A stretch of 38,796 nucleotides of DNA from Promethearchaeota archaeon. GTDB lineage: Archaea > Asgardarchaeota > Lokiarchaeia > Sigyniarchaeales > SOKP01. This document shows, in pieces, positions 28,801-37,810 of this stretch. The first letter of the stretch is position 1. The number at the start of each line of letters is the position of its first letter. A program made the translations under genes and the position numbers. The notes below the pieces were generated by a model. It saw only the letters and a program-made list of their open reading frames with translations. It was not told the DNA's origin and did not search any database. The stretch covers positions 1 through 38,796 of the forward strand of contig JBHLME010000032.1 in assembly GCA_048938445.1 (NCBI GenBank), read 5' to 3'.

Positions 28801-31054
28801 GAAATTGGATAATTATTCCGCATCAATTGAAAATATCTTAATAAATGTTGTTGAAAGAGAAACTGAATTAGAGATCTATCTCGAAGGTTCTTTACAAAGC
28901 TCAATTGAAATAATACATGGCGAATTAATTAACATTACCGCTATATATCTTGATAAATTAATTCCAGCATTTTTTGTGGATGGTGCTAATGTGAGTTTGA
29001 GGGAGGGTACTACTATTGTAAATTATTTCACAAAACATCCTTCATTATTTCAATATAATCTCACAATAAATTCTGCTAGTTTAAGTCTGGGCTTTAATAT
29101 ATTAACAATTAATGCTAAAAAAGACAATTATACCGTGTCTTTAGCAACTATTTCAATAACTGTCAATGAGAGGGACACGTATTTCGATATTATCTTAAAT
29201 AATGAAAATAAAACAAGTGAAAAAACCTTCACCCTATCCTCAGGAGAATTATTAAATATCACAATATATTATAGAGATTCAGCTACTGGGGCTTATATTT
29301 CTTCAGCCACATTAAAATTAATTGGTGAAGGAATATCAGCACTTTTCAACGAAACAGGATATTTTTATAATTATACACTAGATACTGAACTACTTGATGT
29401 TGGTGTATCATTCTTATCTGTTTCTGCAAATAGGGAAAATTATACTCAAATTTCTGAAGTTCTAACTATTATAGTAATGGAAAGACAGGCTACTTATGAA
29501 TTACTTTTGAATAATCTTAATAAGACCATAGATCGATCGATCATAGTTACAGTAAATCAAACCTTAAACATTACTTTATATTATAAAGATCTATTAAATG
29601 GGACATATCTTGATAATGCAGACATAACTCTCTATGGAGGTGCGATAAATGTAACTTTTATTGAGAATCAAACCTATAACTTTTACACCATCTCAATCAA
29701 TACTTCATTATTAAATCAAGGTGTTAATTTCTTGAATATTTTAGCTCAAAAGAGCAATTACGAATCACTTGCTATATTGTTGACAATTAGCGTGGAAGAA
29801 AGACAGACAGACTTTATATTATTATTAGACCAAGTGGATATTACAAATACTCCATCAAAAAAAATACCAGTTAATCAAAACATGTCTTTCAGAGTTATTT
29901 ATACTGACAACCAAACAGGAGGATTTATTTCGAACGCTAACATAAGACTTTTTGGAGAGACTCTTAATTTTAATTTTACGGAATATGCGAGTTATTATGA
30001 ATTAAACATTAGCGCTGAAGTATTAAACAGGGGTGTTAATTTTTTAACTGTTTATCTTCAAAGAAATAATTATGAACCACATTCTTTAATAGTTACAATT
30101 GAGGTCATTGATAAACCCTCTGACATTCAAATTTTCCTTGATACATTGAATAAAACACAAGAAAAATCAATTGATATTCCAATAGGTTCACAATTAAATG
30201 TTACCATTAGATATATTGAAAATGGGACTAACACTCTAATAAATAATGCTGCTATATCGATATTAGGTGAGGGCTTAGAAGAGAACTTAACTTATTACCA
30301 AGTTTTAGATTTCTACATGATCTTTATTAATACTACAGAATTAGACATTGGAATTAGATTATTAACAATAATAGCAGAAAAAGATAATTATCAAACATAT
30401 TCAACAGTAATTAGATTAAATGTGAAGAGAATTGCTAGCATCATAAAAACAACTTCAGGAGAACCTAATGTAGAAGTAAATGTTGGTATATCTCCAAGGT
30501 TAGAAATTGTCTTATCAGATTTAGATTTTAATACGACTGTGAAAAACGCAAATGTTCAATATTCATGGTTATACGGAACTGGAACACTACAAGATAGTAA
30601 TAATGATGGTATATATGAAGTCGATTTAGAACAAGCACCCCCAGGTACTTATACAGTAACTATTACTGCATATGCTGGAGATAATTATGATTTTGAGAGA
30701 TATCAAATCACCGTTACAATATCTCAACCTCCTTCAGAACCGGTTGATAATACTTTTTTATTTACTGTTTTGGCAATAACTGTATCTTCATTAATAGGTA
30801 CTAGCGTATATGCAACACTATATCAAATAAGGTTTAAAGTTCCAAAACAATTAAGGAAACTAAGAAAGTATAGAAAAACTCTTAAAAAACCAATGGGTCC
30901 TGGAAATGTATCAATTACCAATCGAGGATCATCAATTACATCTCAATACGAAGAGAAAATTAACAAGATCCAGAAAAATCTTAAAGAGAAAGCGGACATT
31001 GAGGAAGAACCAATGTTAAAAGAAGATATTGATATAGCTGATCCAAAACAGTAA
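25856..31054 (+). CDS. Large single-pass cell-surface glycoprotein with about 11 Ig-like repeats (1732 aa)
   Basis: Basic plus hydrophobic N-terminal signal, then a ~470-aa acidic beta-rich head. About 11 repeats of ~105 aa follow (NIT..YKD...NA.V.L...Y...IN...L..G.N.LTI.A.K.NY...I.V.ER.T), with very many NxS/T sequons. Ends with a TM (FLFTVLAITVSSLIGTSVYATLY) and a basic cytoplasmic tail. Confidence 0.85.
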   Translation: MKKKKNIKVNLYLVGFSCLFLIGMILNNFGLISLNNIDDSFGSNNHIFDNTLQNLKSSSQSSKEWLTNGGFTTTSDPWYNETLGDTSDVNASYENNHANLEVLGDMGNFTTEFGETYLNSSGEWVAVNNPQLPVLPILLNSFGGNSYDPSRQSYGTDQNNGLWCSHDYDNNVDEGRVYNSPSIHFKRNYTIGADLSDYQVTSVSLDVAINGTACSERPQGGGVEVPGDEVGGGWEYEVYDFVRYYVIISDTSEITKHEMGSFTTTYLGQDIDEYEYDGVWYDDLNNTILNTHDEDILIAFLTDVFENSGDSFTITLGIDIYCETNSDPDYDHWKNLSFTEFNFSFTYEKKMDRYASVSWNQQGNQLDGSKYVLDEAILNFNYQSNQNWPTYISPNSEIRVLINNRRHSEVIKLGQVNSTWQEAKSGGFDVTSILGTDENITLTIQLIIMDNFELNSTFTLSIDNVSLMIYYSPIPGEDIETDYELYINSNNRTDIPSQVVKLYENINITFVYKDTVGTFINGSNVQLTVGSDIKPLVENTTLEQYSVIFNSSELEIGQNFLPITASKTNYTSINFNIIITVNPLDTDIQLILNDQNATITKSIEVDYGEEINITAQYRDVENPPFKDITNATVTLTGYGTPVNLTEIFALNHYYITIDSKILGLGITYLLITAQKENYSSYTISFKIDVQPRNTFIANVLINNTEIQTFDIPWMEIFNISVSYNDTLTNASIPYATVQIQGSGYLANFTEDASKQLYYITINSTVLNIGVNYLTISAQKENYSVATQLVIITVSERETGLDIYLNNTMRTSIDIRWNENINITIIYKDLESNFLKNSDVNLQVGSTIIENFTEYSNQYSLILDTGGYDIGINTFTIYAKKENYTIATGTIIVNIFERETDLDTYLNQTLGVTIEISYGEVLNITVKYKDLNLTSYLNGANVNLKDGNIILYNFTNIQAFTHYNLTINTANLGLGVHALTIYAKLDNYSASIENILINVVERETELEIYLEGSLQSSIEIIHGELINITAIYLDKLIPAFFVDGANVSLREGTTIVNYFTKHPSLFQYNLTINSASLSLGFNILTINAKKDNYTVSLATISITVNERDTYFDIILNNENKTSEKTFTLSSGELLNITIYYRDSATGAYISSATLKLIGEGISALFNETGYFYNYTLDTELLDVGVSFLSVSANRENYTQISEVLTIIVMERQATYELLLNNLNKTIDRSIIVTVNQTLNITLYYKDLLNGTYLDNADITLYGGAINVTFIENQTYNFYTISINTSLLNQGVNFLNILAQKSNYESLAILLTISVEERQTDFILLLDQVDITNTPSKKIPVNQNMSFRVIYTDNQTGGFISNANIRLFGETLNFNFTEYASYYELNISAEVLNRGVNFLTVYLQRNNYEPHSLIVTIEVIDKPSDIQIFLDTLNKTQEKSIDIPIGSQLNVTIRYIENGTNTLINNAAISILGEGLEENLTYYQVLDFYMIFINTTELDIGIRLLTIIAEKDNYQTYSTVIRLNVKRIASIIKTTSGEPNVEVNVGISPRLEIVLSDLDFNTTVKNANVQYSWLYGTGTLQDSNNDGIYEVDLEQAPPGTYTVTITAYAGDNYDFERYQITVTISQPPSEPVDNTFLFTVLAITVSSLIGTSVYATLYQIRFKVPKQLRKLRKYRKTLKKPMGPGNVSITNRGSSITSQYEEKINKIQKNLKEKADIEEEPMLKEDIDIADPKQ

Positions 31055-31072
31055 ATTTTAGTTTCCAATTTC

Positions 31073-32068
31073 TTATTCTTTTCTATAACCTAAATCCATC
31101 ATCATACCATATGTAATTGCTAAAACAATATTAAGTAGAACGGGATGTTCATTTCCAATTAAATCAGTTCTTTTAGAAAGCATTGGCAACACTTTATTAA
31201 CAACATGTTTAGTTCTTGGATTTTCGTCATATGCTTCAATTATAAGTTTTCTAAATTCTTTCATGAGTGTTTCATTATCAACTAAAAACTCATGTATGTT
31301 TTCCTCACCATTAACTACTCCAAAATGACAAAATCCGGCACTTGTTGGATTGAGTAGTTGTAATTTTTTAAGACTTTCCATATATTCTCGAAAATTAAAA
31401 TAGATAGGCATCGATGTAGGTATTGATAATAATCTCGTAGCGTTAAATAAAGTACCTGCTGCTTCACCAAAAAAAATAAAATCAATTTTGTTATCTATAA
31501 TAAATATCGGACAAACATGGTCAGGTGTATGTCCAGGAGTTTTAATTATTGATAATTTTATCTCTGAACCTTCTTTTTTGAAAGTATCAATAATTTTAAA
31601 TGATTCCAAATCATTAGAAAAATCTGCAATAGGTGAGATGACTTTAAAGGCATCTTCTTCGATAGAAGACATTTCTCCAATAGCACTTCCAAACGTGCGT
31701 TTAGCACGATTTAGATGTTGTTCAAAATCATTTAATAAGTCCATTGTCATTCGGTTTGTTAGAATTTTAACTTCTGGATTAAATGTTTTTACTTTTTCAT
31801 AGAGAAGCCACATTCCTCCCGCATGATCAAAATGATGATGTGTTGGTATTAAATATTTAACTTTTGAGAGGTCGATGTTATTCTTTTTCACATAACGTAA
31901 TAAATGCTTGATATCTAATGATGATCCACAATCAAGAAAAATAGTAAAATCATCAAATTCCCCTATAAAAGATGATAAAATCCTCTTAGCTCCAAACTCT
32001 TTTAGATCTACATGATGTAAGTAATTATTTATTTTACCCTGTTCGATAGTTATTATATCCCGCGTCAT
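31073..32068 (-). CDS. Metallo-beta-lactamase fold hydrolase
   Basis: LDCG, THHHFDHAGG, TPGHTPDH, FFGEAAG and FCHFG. Confidence 0.9.
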   Translation of the reverse strand: MTRDIITIEQGKINNYLHHVDLKEFGAKRILSSFIGEFDDFTIFLDCGSSLDIKHLLRYVKKNNIDLSKVKYLIPTHHHFDHAGGMWLLYEKVKTFNPEVKILTNRMTMDLLNDFEQHLNRAKRTFGSAIGEMSSIEEDAFKVISPIADFSNDLESFKIIDTFKKEGSEIKLSIIKTPGHTPDHVCPIFIIDNKIDFIFFGEAAGTLFNATRLLSIPTSMPIYFNFREYMESLKKLQLLNPTSAGFCHFGVVNGEENIHEFLVDNETLMKEFRKLIIEAYDENPRTKHVVNKVLPMLSKRTDLIGNEHPVLLNIVLAITYGMMMDLGYRKE

Positions 32069-32130
32069 TTAAAAAAATACATTAATAAGAAAATAAATAT
32101 TTTAGCATGATAATAAATAATGAGGGAAAT

Positions 32131-34518
32131 TCAGAGGTTTAACTTCTTTTTCCAAAATTCGATTTTTTTTTTGATACTATTAACTTCAGATTTCTTCAAG
32201 ATATCTTGGTTTTTAATGGACTTTATTCCAACATCTATTTGTTTTAAAATGGAGGTATAACCTCTAATTTCAGTGATATCGTTATATAAATTTGTCAAGC
32301 TTTTTACAATTTCTAAACCAGTTGATTTATCAAGGTTTTTCATAATAGTATCGAAAAAATGAGTTAAATATGCATCACCAGTTAAGTTAGAATCTTTCAT
32401 TTCACTAGCTATTGAAGAACTTTGAATTATATCAGCATTAGGCATTGGAGTAGAGGCCAGGGCAGGGGCAGGAGCAGCAGCAGGGACAGCTTTAGTATCG
32501 GCAATTATCTTTTTCTCTGGAATAGAAGTAGATGTTAAGGTTGGTTTAGATGATATTTTACGAGATGGGGATGGAGCAGGAGCTGGGGCAGGGACAGGTG
32601 CCTTCGCTGGTGCTGGAGCAGGAAGATTATTAGTAGATTTTGAAGATTGTATGGATGCTTTTTTTCGAGCAATTTCCCTAGCAATTGATGGCTTCATTGT
32701 TAATGGCATTTCCTTACGTGCATTTAACCATGCGTCTTCCAAACTACTTACAAAAATTTTGATATGTTCATCTACCATGCTTCCAATACCAGCAATTTCA
32801 GTGATCAATTCTCCACCAACTATAGATTTTGAAATAACACAGAGGATAACAGATTCATAATCTCTATTCATTCCCCATATATTTTGTAGCTCCCGATATC
32901 TAAAAGAAACGTTTTGCATGTTTTCTATTTCATCATGAATAGCCACGTGATCTGCCCGAGAAAGGTCTATACTCGCAGCAATTCTTATATTAATGTGCTT
33001 TTTACAAGCTTTAACCGCTTCAATATTAACATCAGTAATTTCTGGTGCAATAATTAACATTCTTGCCTTTAATTTTTTCATTTCTTCATCAATATGAGCT
33101 TTCACTCCTTCTACTGATCTTATGAACCATATATCCTTCATTGTAGAAGTTGATGATTTCTTTGATTGCTCCCAGAATTCTTTTGTTGTGATCTGACTTA
33201 TTTCAAGCTTTTTAATAATATCACCTAAAACTTTATCAAGAGTACTAATAATCTGATTCGTAAATGTATCTTTTAAATGTCCAAACGCATTGAAAATACT
33301 GTCAGTAACTCCTTCCAATTTTTCTTCTGAAAGATTAACCGCTCGACTAAAGTTTTCATCTATATCACTAAAAAGAGTTTTTATTTCTTCACCGGTTTTA
33401 GAACTTGTGCTCAAGAGGGTATTTAAATTATTCACGCTTTCTCCAATAGTTTCACTCATATTTGAAGTGAAATCGTTAAAAAATTCTTCTATTGAGTTCT
33501 TTAATGCTTTTTCTGTAATACTTTGAACATCAGTGATTTGCTTATCTAAACTTTCTGACATTTCTTTTATCCAGATACTAAATACATTATCGATCACTTG
33601 ATCTACTGTTTGTTGGATTACACCTAATCTTAACTTTTGTAAATTAGATGAGATTTTAGTTTTAACACTCATCATTTCTTCAATTAATCCTAAGAGTTGT
33701 GATTTAATAGATTCTGCAACTTTCGTGTTTATTGTATCAAATTGTTCAGTAATAGTTTCATTTTGTTTTTTTAATATCTCTTGTGTATCTTTCTCGATGT
33801 TTGAAATTATTGTTCCAACTTCTCTTACTTTATCAATACCTTTAATTGTTTTTTCAAATTCTTGTCTTTGTTTGTCCATTATTCCAAGGGTTTCATCTTT
33901 TAATTTCTTCATGAAATCGGTGTATTCATGTAAATTTTTAACACCTTCTGTTTTAGTTTCTAGTTCGGTAAAAGATTCTCCTAATTGTTTAGGAGCGCTC
34001 GTGTGAATTTCAGAAATAAACTCATGGAAATTTGTTAATTGACTAACTAAGGCAGCATAAGGAGGTAAAGGCGAAAAATGAGGAGTGGGTCCTATAACTG
34101 GTTTAAATAATCCTTTTTCAACAAATTTTTTTGCGATTTTCTCACATTCTTCTTTAGATTTATTTATTAAAATAGCCATTTCACCAAGAGACACTATATT
34201 TCTGCCAGAACTTAAGAAATATAATTTTATCTCGTCATCAGTGAGATCTATTTCGCTTAAAGCTTGAGTAACCACTTCTTTTGAATAATCGACATCTTTT
34301 TCAAGTATATCTTCTATTTGAAAGTTTTCAACTTCTAAATTCTTGTCAATAGAGAGTATTAGTTTATGAGGTGGATTCTCATGAATAAATTCTTTTGTAA
34401 AGGGAAAAGATTTTATTTCTATATAATCCAGTTTAGAAATTATTAACTTTTCCTCCTTAAAACAAGTTTTACATTTAAAAATTAACTCAATTTCATCGTG
34501 GTCATCAAATATGTACAT
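32131..34518 (-). CDS. Multidomain protein: putative Zn-binding N-terminus, TrmB-like wHTH, long helical/coiled-coil region, PLD-like (TrmB effector-like) domain, Pro/Ala linker and C-terminal helical domain
   Basis: N-terminal CKTC...H..PPH. TrmB-type HTH in LSEIDLTDDEIKLY...SLGEMA...KKFVEKGL...FSPLPP. Effector-like domain from IWFIRSVEGVKAHI...MLIIAP to LEDAWLNARK. PAPAPAKAPVPAPAPAP linker. Confidence 0.7.
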   Translation of the reverse strand: MYIFDDHDEIELIFKCKTCFKEEKLIISKLDYIEIKSFPFTKEFIHENPPHKLILSIDKNLEVENFQIEDILEKDVDYSKEVVTQALSEIDLTDDEIKLYFLSSGRNIVSLGEMAILINKSKEECEKIAKKFVEKGLFKPVIGPTPHFSPLPPYAALVSQLTNFHEFISEIHTSAPKQLGESFTELETKTEGVKNLHEYTDFMKKLKDETLGIMDKQRQEFEKTIKGIDKVREVGTIISNIEKDTQEILKKQNETITEQFDTINTKVAESIKSQLLGLIEEMMSVKTKISSNLQKLRLGVIQQTVDQVIDNVFSIWIKEMSESLDKQITDVQSITEKALKNSIEEFFNDFTSNMSETIGESVNNLNTLLSTSSKTGEEIKTLFSDIDENFSRAVNLSEEKLEGVTDSIFNAFGHLKDTFTNQIISTLDKVLGDIIKKLEISQITTKEFWEQSKKSSTSTMKDIWFIRSVEGVKAHIDEEMKKLKARMLIIAPEITDVNIEAVKACKKHINIRIAASIDLSRADHVAIHDEIENMQNVSFRYRELQNIWGMNRDYESVILCVISKSIVGGELITEIAGIGSMVDEHIKIFVSSLEDAWLNARKEMPLTMKPSIAREIARKKASIQSSKSTNNLPAPAPAKAPVPAPAPAPSPSRKISSKPTLTSTSIPEKKIIADTKAVPAAAPAPALASTPMPNADIIQSSSIASEMKDSNLTGDAYLTHFFDTIMKNLDKSTGLEIVKSLTNLYNDITEIRGYTSILKQIDVGIKSIKNQDILKKSEVNSIKKKIEFWKKKLNL

Positions 34519-34710
34519 TTTATATCAATATATAATTTATTTTTTATTCTTAATAATATATGTTATACATTATAAAATCAGTAAAAGTAATGTAAATTAA
34601 TAAATAATTCACTATTAAAAATTTTAACAATTTTTTTAATACAAATCTATTAATTACGATAATTCTATTTTATTTATAATCTATCCTAAAAAAAAAAGGT
34701 GAACTAATCT

Positions 34711-36351
34711 TTGGCAGAAAAGAGAATAACACTTTTTAAAGAATTATTTGACAATTTTTTGGCGTTAAATACAGCAATTGAAGCCATAATTGTATCTGAT
34801 TTTGATGGTTTCATCATTGCAGGAGAAAAAAGAGAGGACATTGACATGGAAATAGTTTCTATATTAGGAACTATTGTAAATCCAATAATGGAACGATTGC
34901 GAGATGAATTTGCATTCAAAGAATTTGGAACTGCCAATTTTGATACTAGTGAACATAGATTACTATTTGTCTCAATTGCCGAAGAAACAACATTGAGCGT
35001 GGTTTTACAAAGCATGGCCTCTGTAGAAAAAATTGCTCCATATGCATATTACATTGCAGAAAAAGTTGCTCAAATTTTAAATATCCCCGAAAATGAGGGA
35101 ATTCAATTATACTTACCAGATTTTGATTCTACACTAGATCATTTAAAAAAAGAAAAAGATATAAGAAAGCTTATTTATGAGGACAAAATTGAAGAGGGAG
35201 GACTCTATAAATTTAAATTTATCATTATAGGTGATCATCAAGTTGGGAAAACATCCATCGTGAGGAGATTTATAGGTCAGAAATTTATTGCAGATTACCG
35301 AGCAACCATGGGATTAAATATCATGACACATGTTTTTGAAGCCTTTGGAAGCAAAATTTCATTAGATTTATGGGATGTAGGTGCTCAAGAATTTTTTAAA
35401 AGATATAGGAAAATTTATTATAGAGGTGCTCAAGCAGCTTTTATTGTCTTTGATTTAACAAATAAAACATCATTTGATAATGTTAAATCATGGCATGATG
35501 AACTAAGGGAATTTACTGATTATAAAGACATGCCAATAATATTAATTGGAAATAAAAATGATTTAGTGGATGACCGTGTGGTTTCACAAGAAGAAGGTAC
35601 TCAGTTAGCAAGTAGTTTTAGTGAATTTTCAGAGTATTTTGATAAATCCGGACTAAGTCCATTTTCAGATTTATCTGGATTATCCATTGCCAGTGATAGT
35701 AGTATATTATATACCGAAACAAGTGCTCTTAATGGTGACAATATTGAATATGCATTTAATATCCTTTCTTATCACTATATAATCAAAAGTCTTGAAATAG
35801 AGGAACAAAGAATAAAATTATCAATTATAGATGAAATCAAAACAATTTTGCATAATAAAACTGATGGATTAAGCTTATCATTTATCTCTGAAAATCCATT
35901 AGAAAATCCTTGTATTGAATTGATGGTAGAGTTAAAGGAATTAGGTCAATATGAAACGGAGAAATCTAAAAAAAAAGAACAAATGTTTAAATATTCAAGT
36001 GGCCTTAGTATTAAAAACCATGATTATGATTCTTTCAAAACAATTGATTCTGAAGGCGTTTTCTGTCTTTTCGATGCAAGAGGTAAGAAAAAAATTGAAC
36101 AAGCATGGAATGACACGCTCCAAAGGATAATTGATAAAATAAAGAAGAATAAAGTAATTTTAATAGGAATATTTGCTGATAAAGATGAAGACATAACACA
36201 AATGATAGAAGAATTCGAAGTTGAAGAGAAATTAGAAAAGAAAAATATTTCAATATTATTCTTCAAAATGACTCCTGATAATCGATTAGATGTTTATGAA
36301 AAGATCGAGTTCCTAATACTGGAAATAAAGAATCTTTTATTTAGCTATTAA
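34711..36351 (+). CDS. Roadblock/LC7-domain + Rab/Ras-like small GTPase + degenerate second GTPase-like domain fusion
   Basis: The N-terminus IEAIIVSDFDGFIIAG...LLFVSI...LSVV is roadblock-like. G1 GDHQVGKTS, G2 ATMG, G3 WDVGAQ, Rab-like YYRGA, G4 GNKND, G5 ETSAL. The C-terminal SEGVFCLFD...W...KVILIGI echoes the GTPase core without a P-loop. TTG start after AGGTGA. Confidence 0.88.
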   Translation: MAEKRITLFKELFDNFLALNTAIEAIIVSDFDGFIIAGEKREDIDMEIVSILGTIVNPIMERLRDEFAFKEFGTANFDTSEHRLLFVSIAEETTLSVVLQSMASVEKIAPYAYYIAEKVAQILNIPENEGIQLYLPDFDSTLDHLKKEKDIRKLIYEDKIEEGGLYKFKFIIIGDHQVGKTSIVRRFIGQKFIADYRATMGLNIMTHVFEAFGSKISLDLWDVGAQEFFKRYRKIYYRGAQAAFIVFDLTNKTSFDNVKSWHDELREFTDYKDMPIILIGNKNDLVDDRVVSQEEGTQLASSFSEFSEYFDKSGLSPFSDLSGLSIASDSSILYTETSALNGDNIEYAFNILSYHYIIKSLEIEEQRIKLSIIDEIKTILHNKTDGLSLSFISENPLENPCIELMVELKELGQYETEKSKKKEQMFKYSSGLSIKNHDYDSFKTIDSEGVFCLFDARGKKKIEQAWNDTLQRIIDKIKKNKVILIGIFADKDEDITQMIEEFEVEEKLEKKNISILFFKMTPDNRLDVYEKIEFLILEIKNLLFSY

Positions 36352-36393
36352 TTTTAATTAAATAAAAATATAGTTATTGTAGAATCAATATTT

Positions 36394-37647
36394 TTAAAAA
36401 TCAATATATTCAGGATAGGTTACTTCCAATAATTCAAGGGCTTTTTTAGCAATTTCAAGAGTTATTCTTTTATCTTTATCAACACTCCTGTAAGCTTTAC
36501 GCAATTTTGGAAGTAAAAATTCTGGAAAAATGACTAGTGGTTTAATATCTGTAAGTAATAGGGTAAATGTTCTTTTTTCGTTATCTATAAGATCAATCAT
36601 GATGTTTAAATCCTTCAATTCTTTTAATAATGCTTCTGGTGAAACAAATGGGGAAAATATTTTTGGAATTTTCTGTATGGGGTAATAATTTTTTCTCATT
36701 AAAACAAGGAAGTCATAAACATCAGGATTTAAGAGTAATGATGATAATTTCCTCGTTTCTTCTTTAGTTTGCGTTAATGGATTGTATTTTGAGAAATATT
36801 CGATTGTTTTAGATTGAAATATTTCATAAAGAGATTTGTTATTATCTTTTAAGAATTTTAATAAATTATCATTTGGAATTCTTGCGAGCATAATGTCTTT
36901 TACTAAAAATAAATATTCTCCTTGATTTTCAATTCTTCCGGTTTGTCTATCTCGCATGCCTTTAATCCAATCTCTTCGAACTAGATTCAATTCCAAGAAA
37001 GGCTCAATAAGGAGATCTATACTAAAAATTGGTTTTATTTTTTCTAATTCGTTTTTCAATTTTCTCTTCTCGATTGGACTTTCACGAAGAATATTTAAGA
37101 TGGCTAATCTTTCTTCACTATTAAAAATTAAAGCTGCTTTTTGCAATCTATCTAGGTTTGCTAATCGATCGACTTGAAATATTGTAAAATCTATATCGGT
37201 CTTTATCTTTGACATGATTCTCGCAGCGATTGCTGTCTGATTTGTTTCTTTTGCCTTTACTAAATTTTCAAACGATTGATCTAATTTAGTTGCCAAATTT
37301 TTAATCAAATCCTCGAAAATATCAATATCATCTTCTAAGTCAAATATGGATAAAGTGATATATTGTGAGCCGTCGTTTTCTTGCTTGTAATAAGAAATGA
37401 CCATGTTAGGAGTTTCTTTTAATCTACCAGAGTAGAAATTACCTTTTCCACTTTTTGGTCCATAAATTCCCGTGGTATGTTGATAAAAAATAGCAAAAAG
37501 ATCGTTATCACTAATTAAGCCTGAATAATTTGATGTGGTAAATTGTTCATTCTTAAATACCAATTGAATGGGTCGAAATTCTGGTTCTATCTCACCTGAA
37601 GGTGATTGATTTAAGATAAATTGAAAACATAATATTCCTTCAATCAT
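36394..37647 (-). CDS. Putative longin-like + tandem winged-helix protein (copy 2)
   Basis: 417 aa, paralog of 24469-25713. The N-terminal pattern reads beta-beta-alpha-beta-beta-beta-alpha. ERLAILNILRESP...KLKNEL...IEPFLELNLVRR and PDVYDFL...ALLKELKDLNIM are wHTH-like. Confidence 0.7.
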   Translation of the reverse strand: MIEGILCFQFILNQSPSGEIEPEFRPIQLVFKNEQFTTSNYSGLISDNDLFAIFYQHTTGIYGPKSGKGNFYSGRLKETPNMVISYYKQENDGSQYITLSIFDLEDDIDIFEDLIKNLATKLDQSFENLVKAKETNQTAIAARIMSKIKTDIDFTIFQVDRLANLDRLQKAALIFNSEERLAILNILRESPIEKRKLKNELEKIKPIFSIDLLIEPFLELNLVRRDWIKGMRDRQTGRIENQGEYLFLVKDIMLARIPNDNLLKFLKDNNKSLYEIFQSKTIEYFSKYNPLTQTKEETRKLSSLLLNPDVYDFLVLMRKNYYPIQKIPKIFSPFVSPEALLKELKDLNIMIDLIDNEKRTFTLLLTDIKPLVIFPEFLLPKLRKAYRSVDKDKRITLEIAKKALELLEVTYPEYIDF

Positions 37648-37810
37648 GATTATTCACAAATATTATTTATTTAATTCTTAATAGGAGTATGTTTATATAA
37701 ATTAGATGGTATTAATATGTATTAAATTAGTTGGTTTTAATATAAATAATTAATCTCGATAATATTAACATTTATCTAACTATATTAACTAAATATTTAA
37801 TATGATAAAT

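Noticed and set aside
27290-30730. Periodic motifs suggesting a CRISPR or DGR-type repeat
   Set aside because: These are protein-level Ig-like repeats, highly diverged at DNA level. There is no spacer structure, no adenine-specific TR/VR pair and no reverse transcriptase.
32450-32625. GC-rich repetitive patch (GGAGCAGG/GGGGCAGG)
   Set aside because: It encodes the Pro/Ala linker of the 795-aa protein and is not a CRISPR or mobile element.
230-37177. The many 60-150 aa ORFs overlapping larger genes on the opposite strand or in another frame
   Set aside because: They lie within well-supported genes, have antisense-typical composition and show no motifs.
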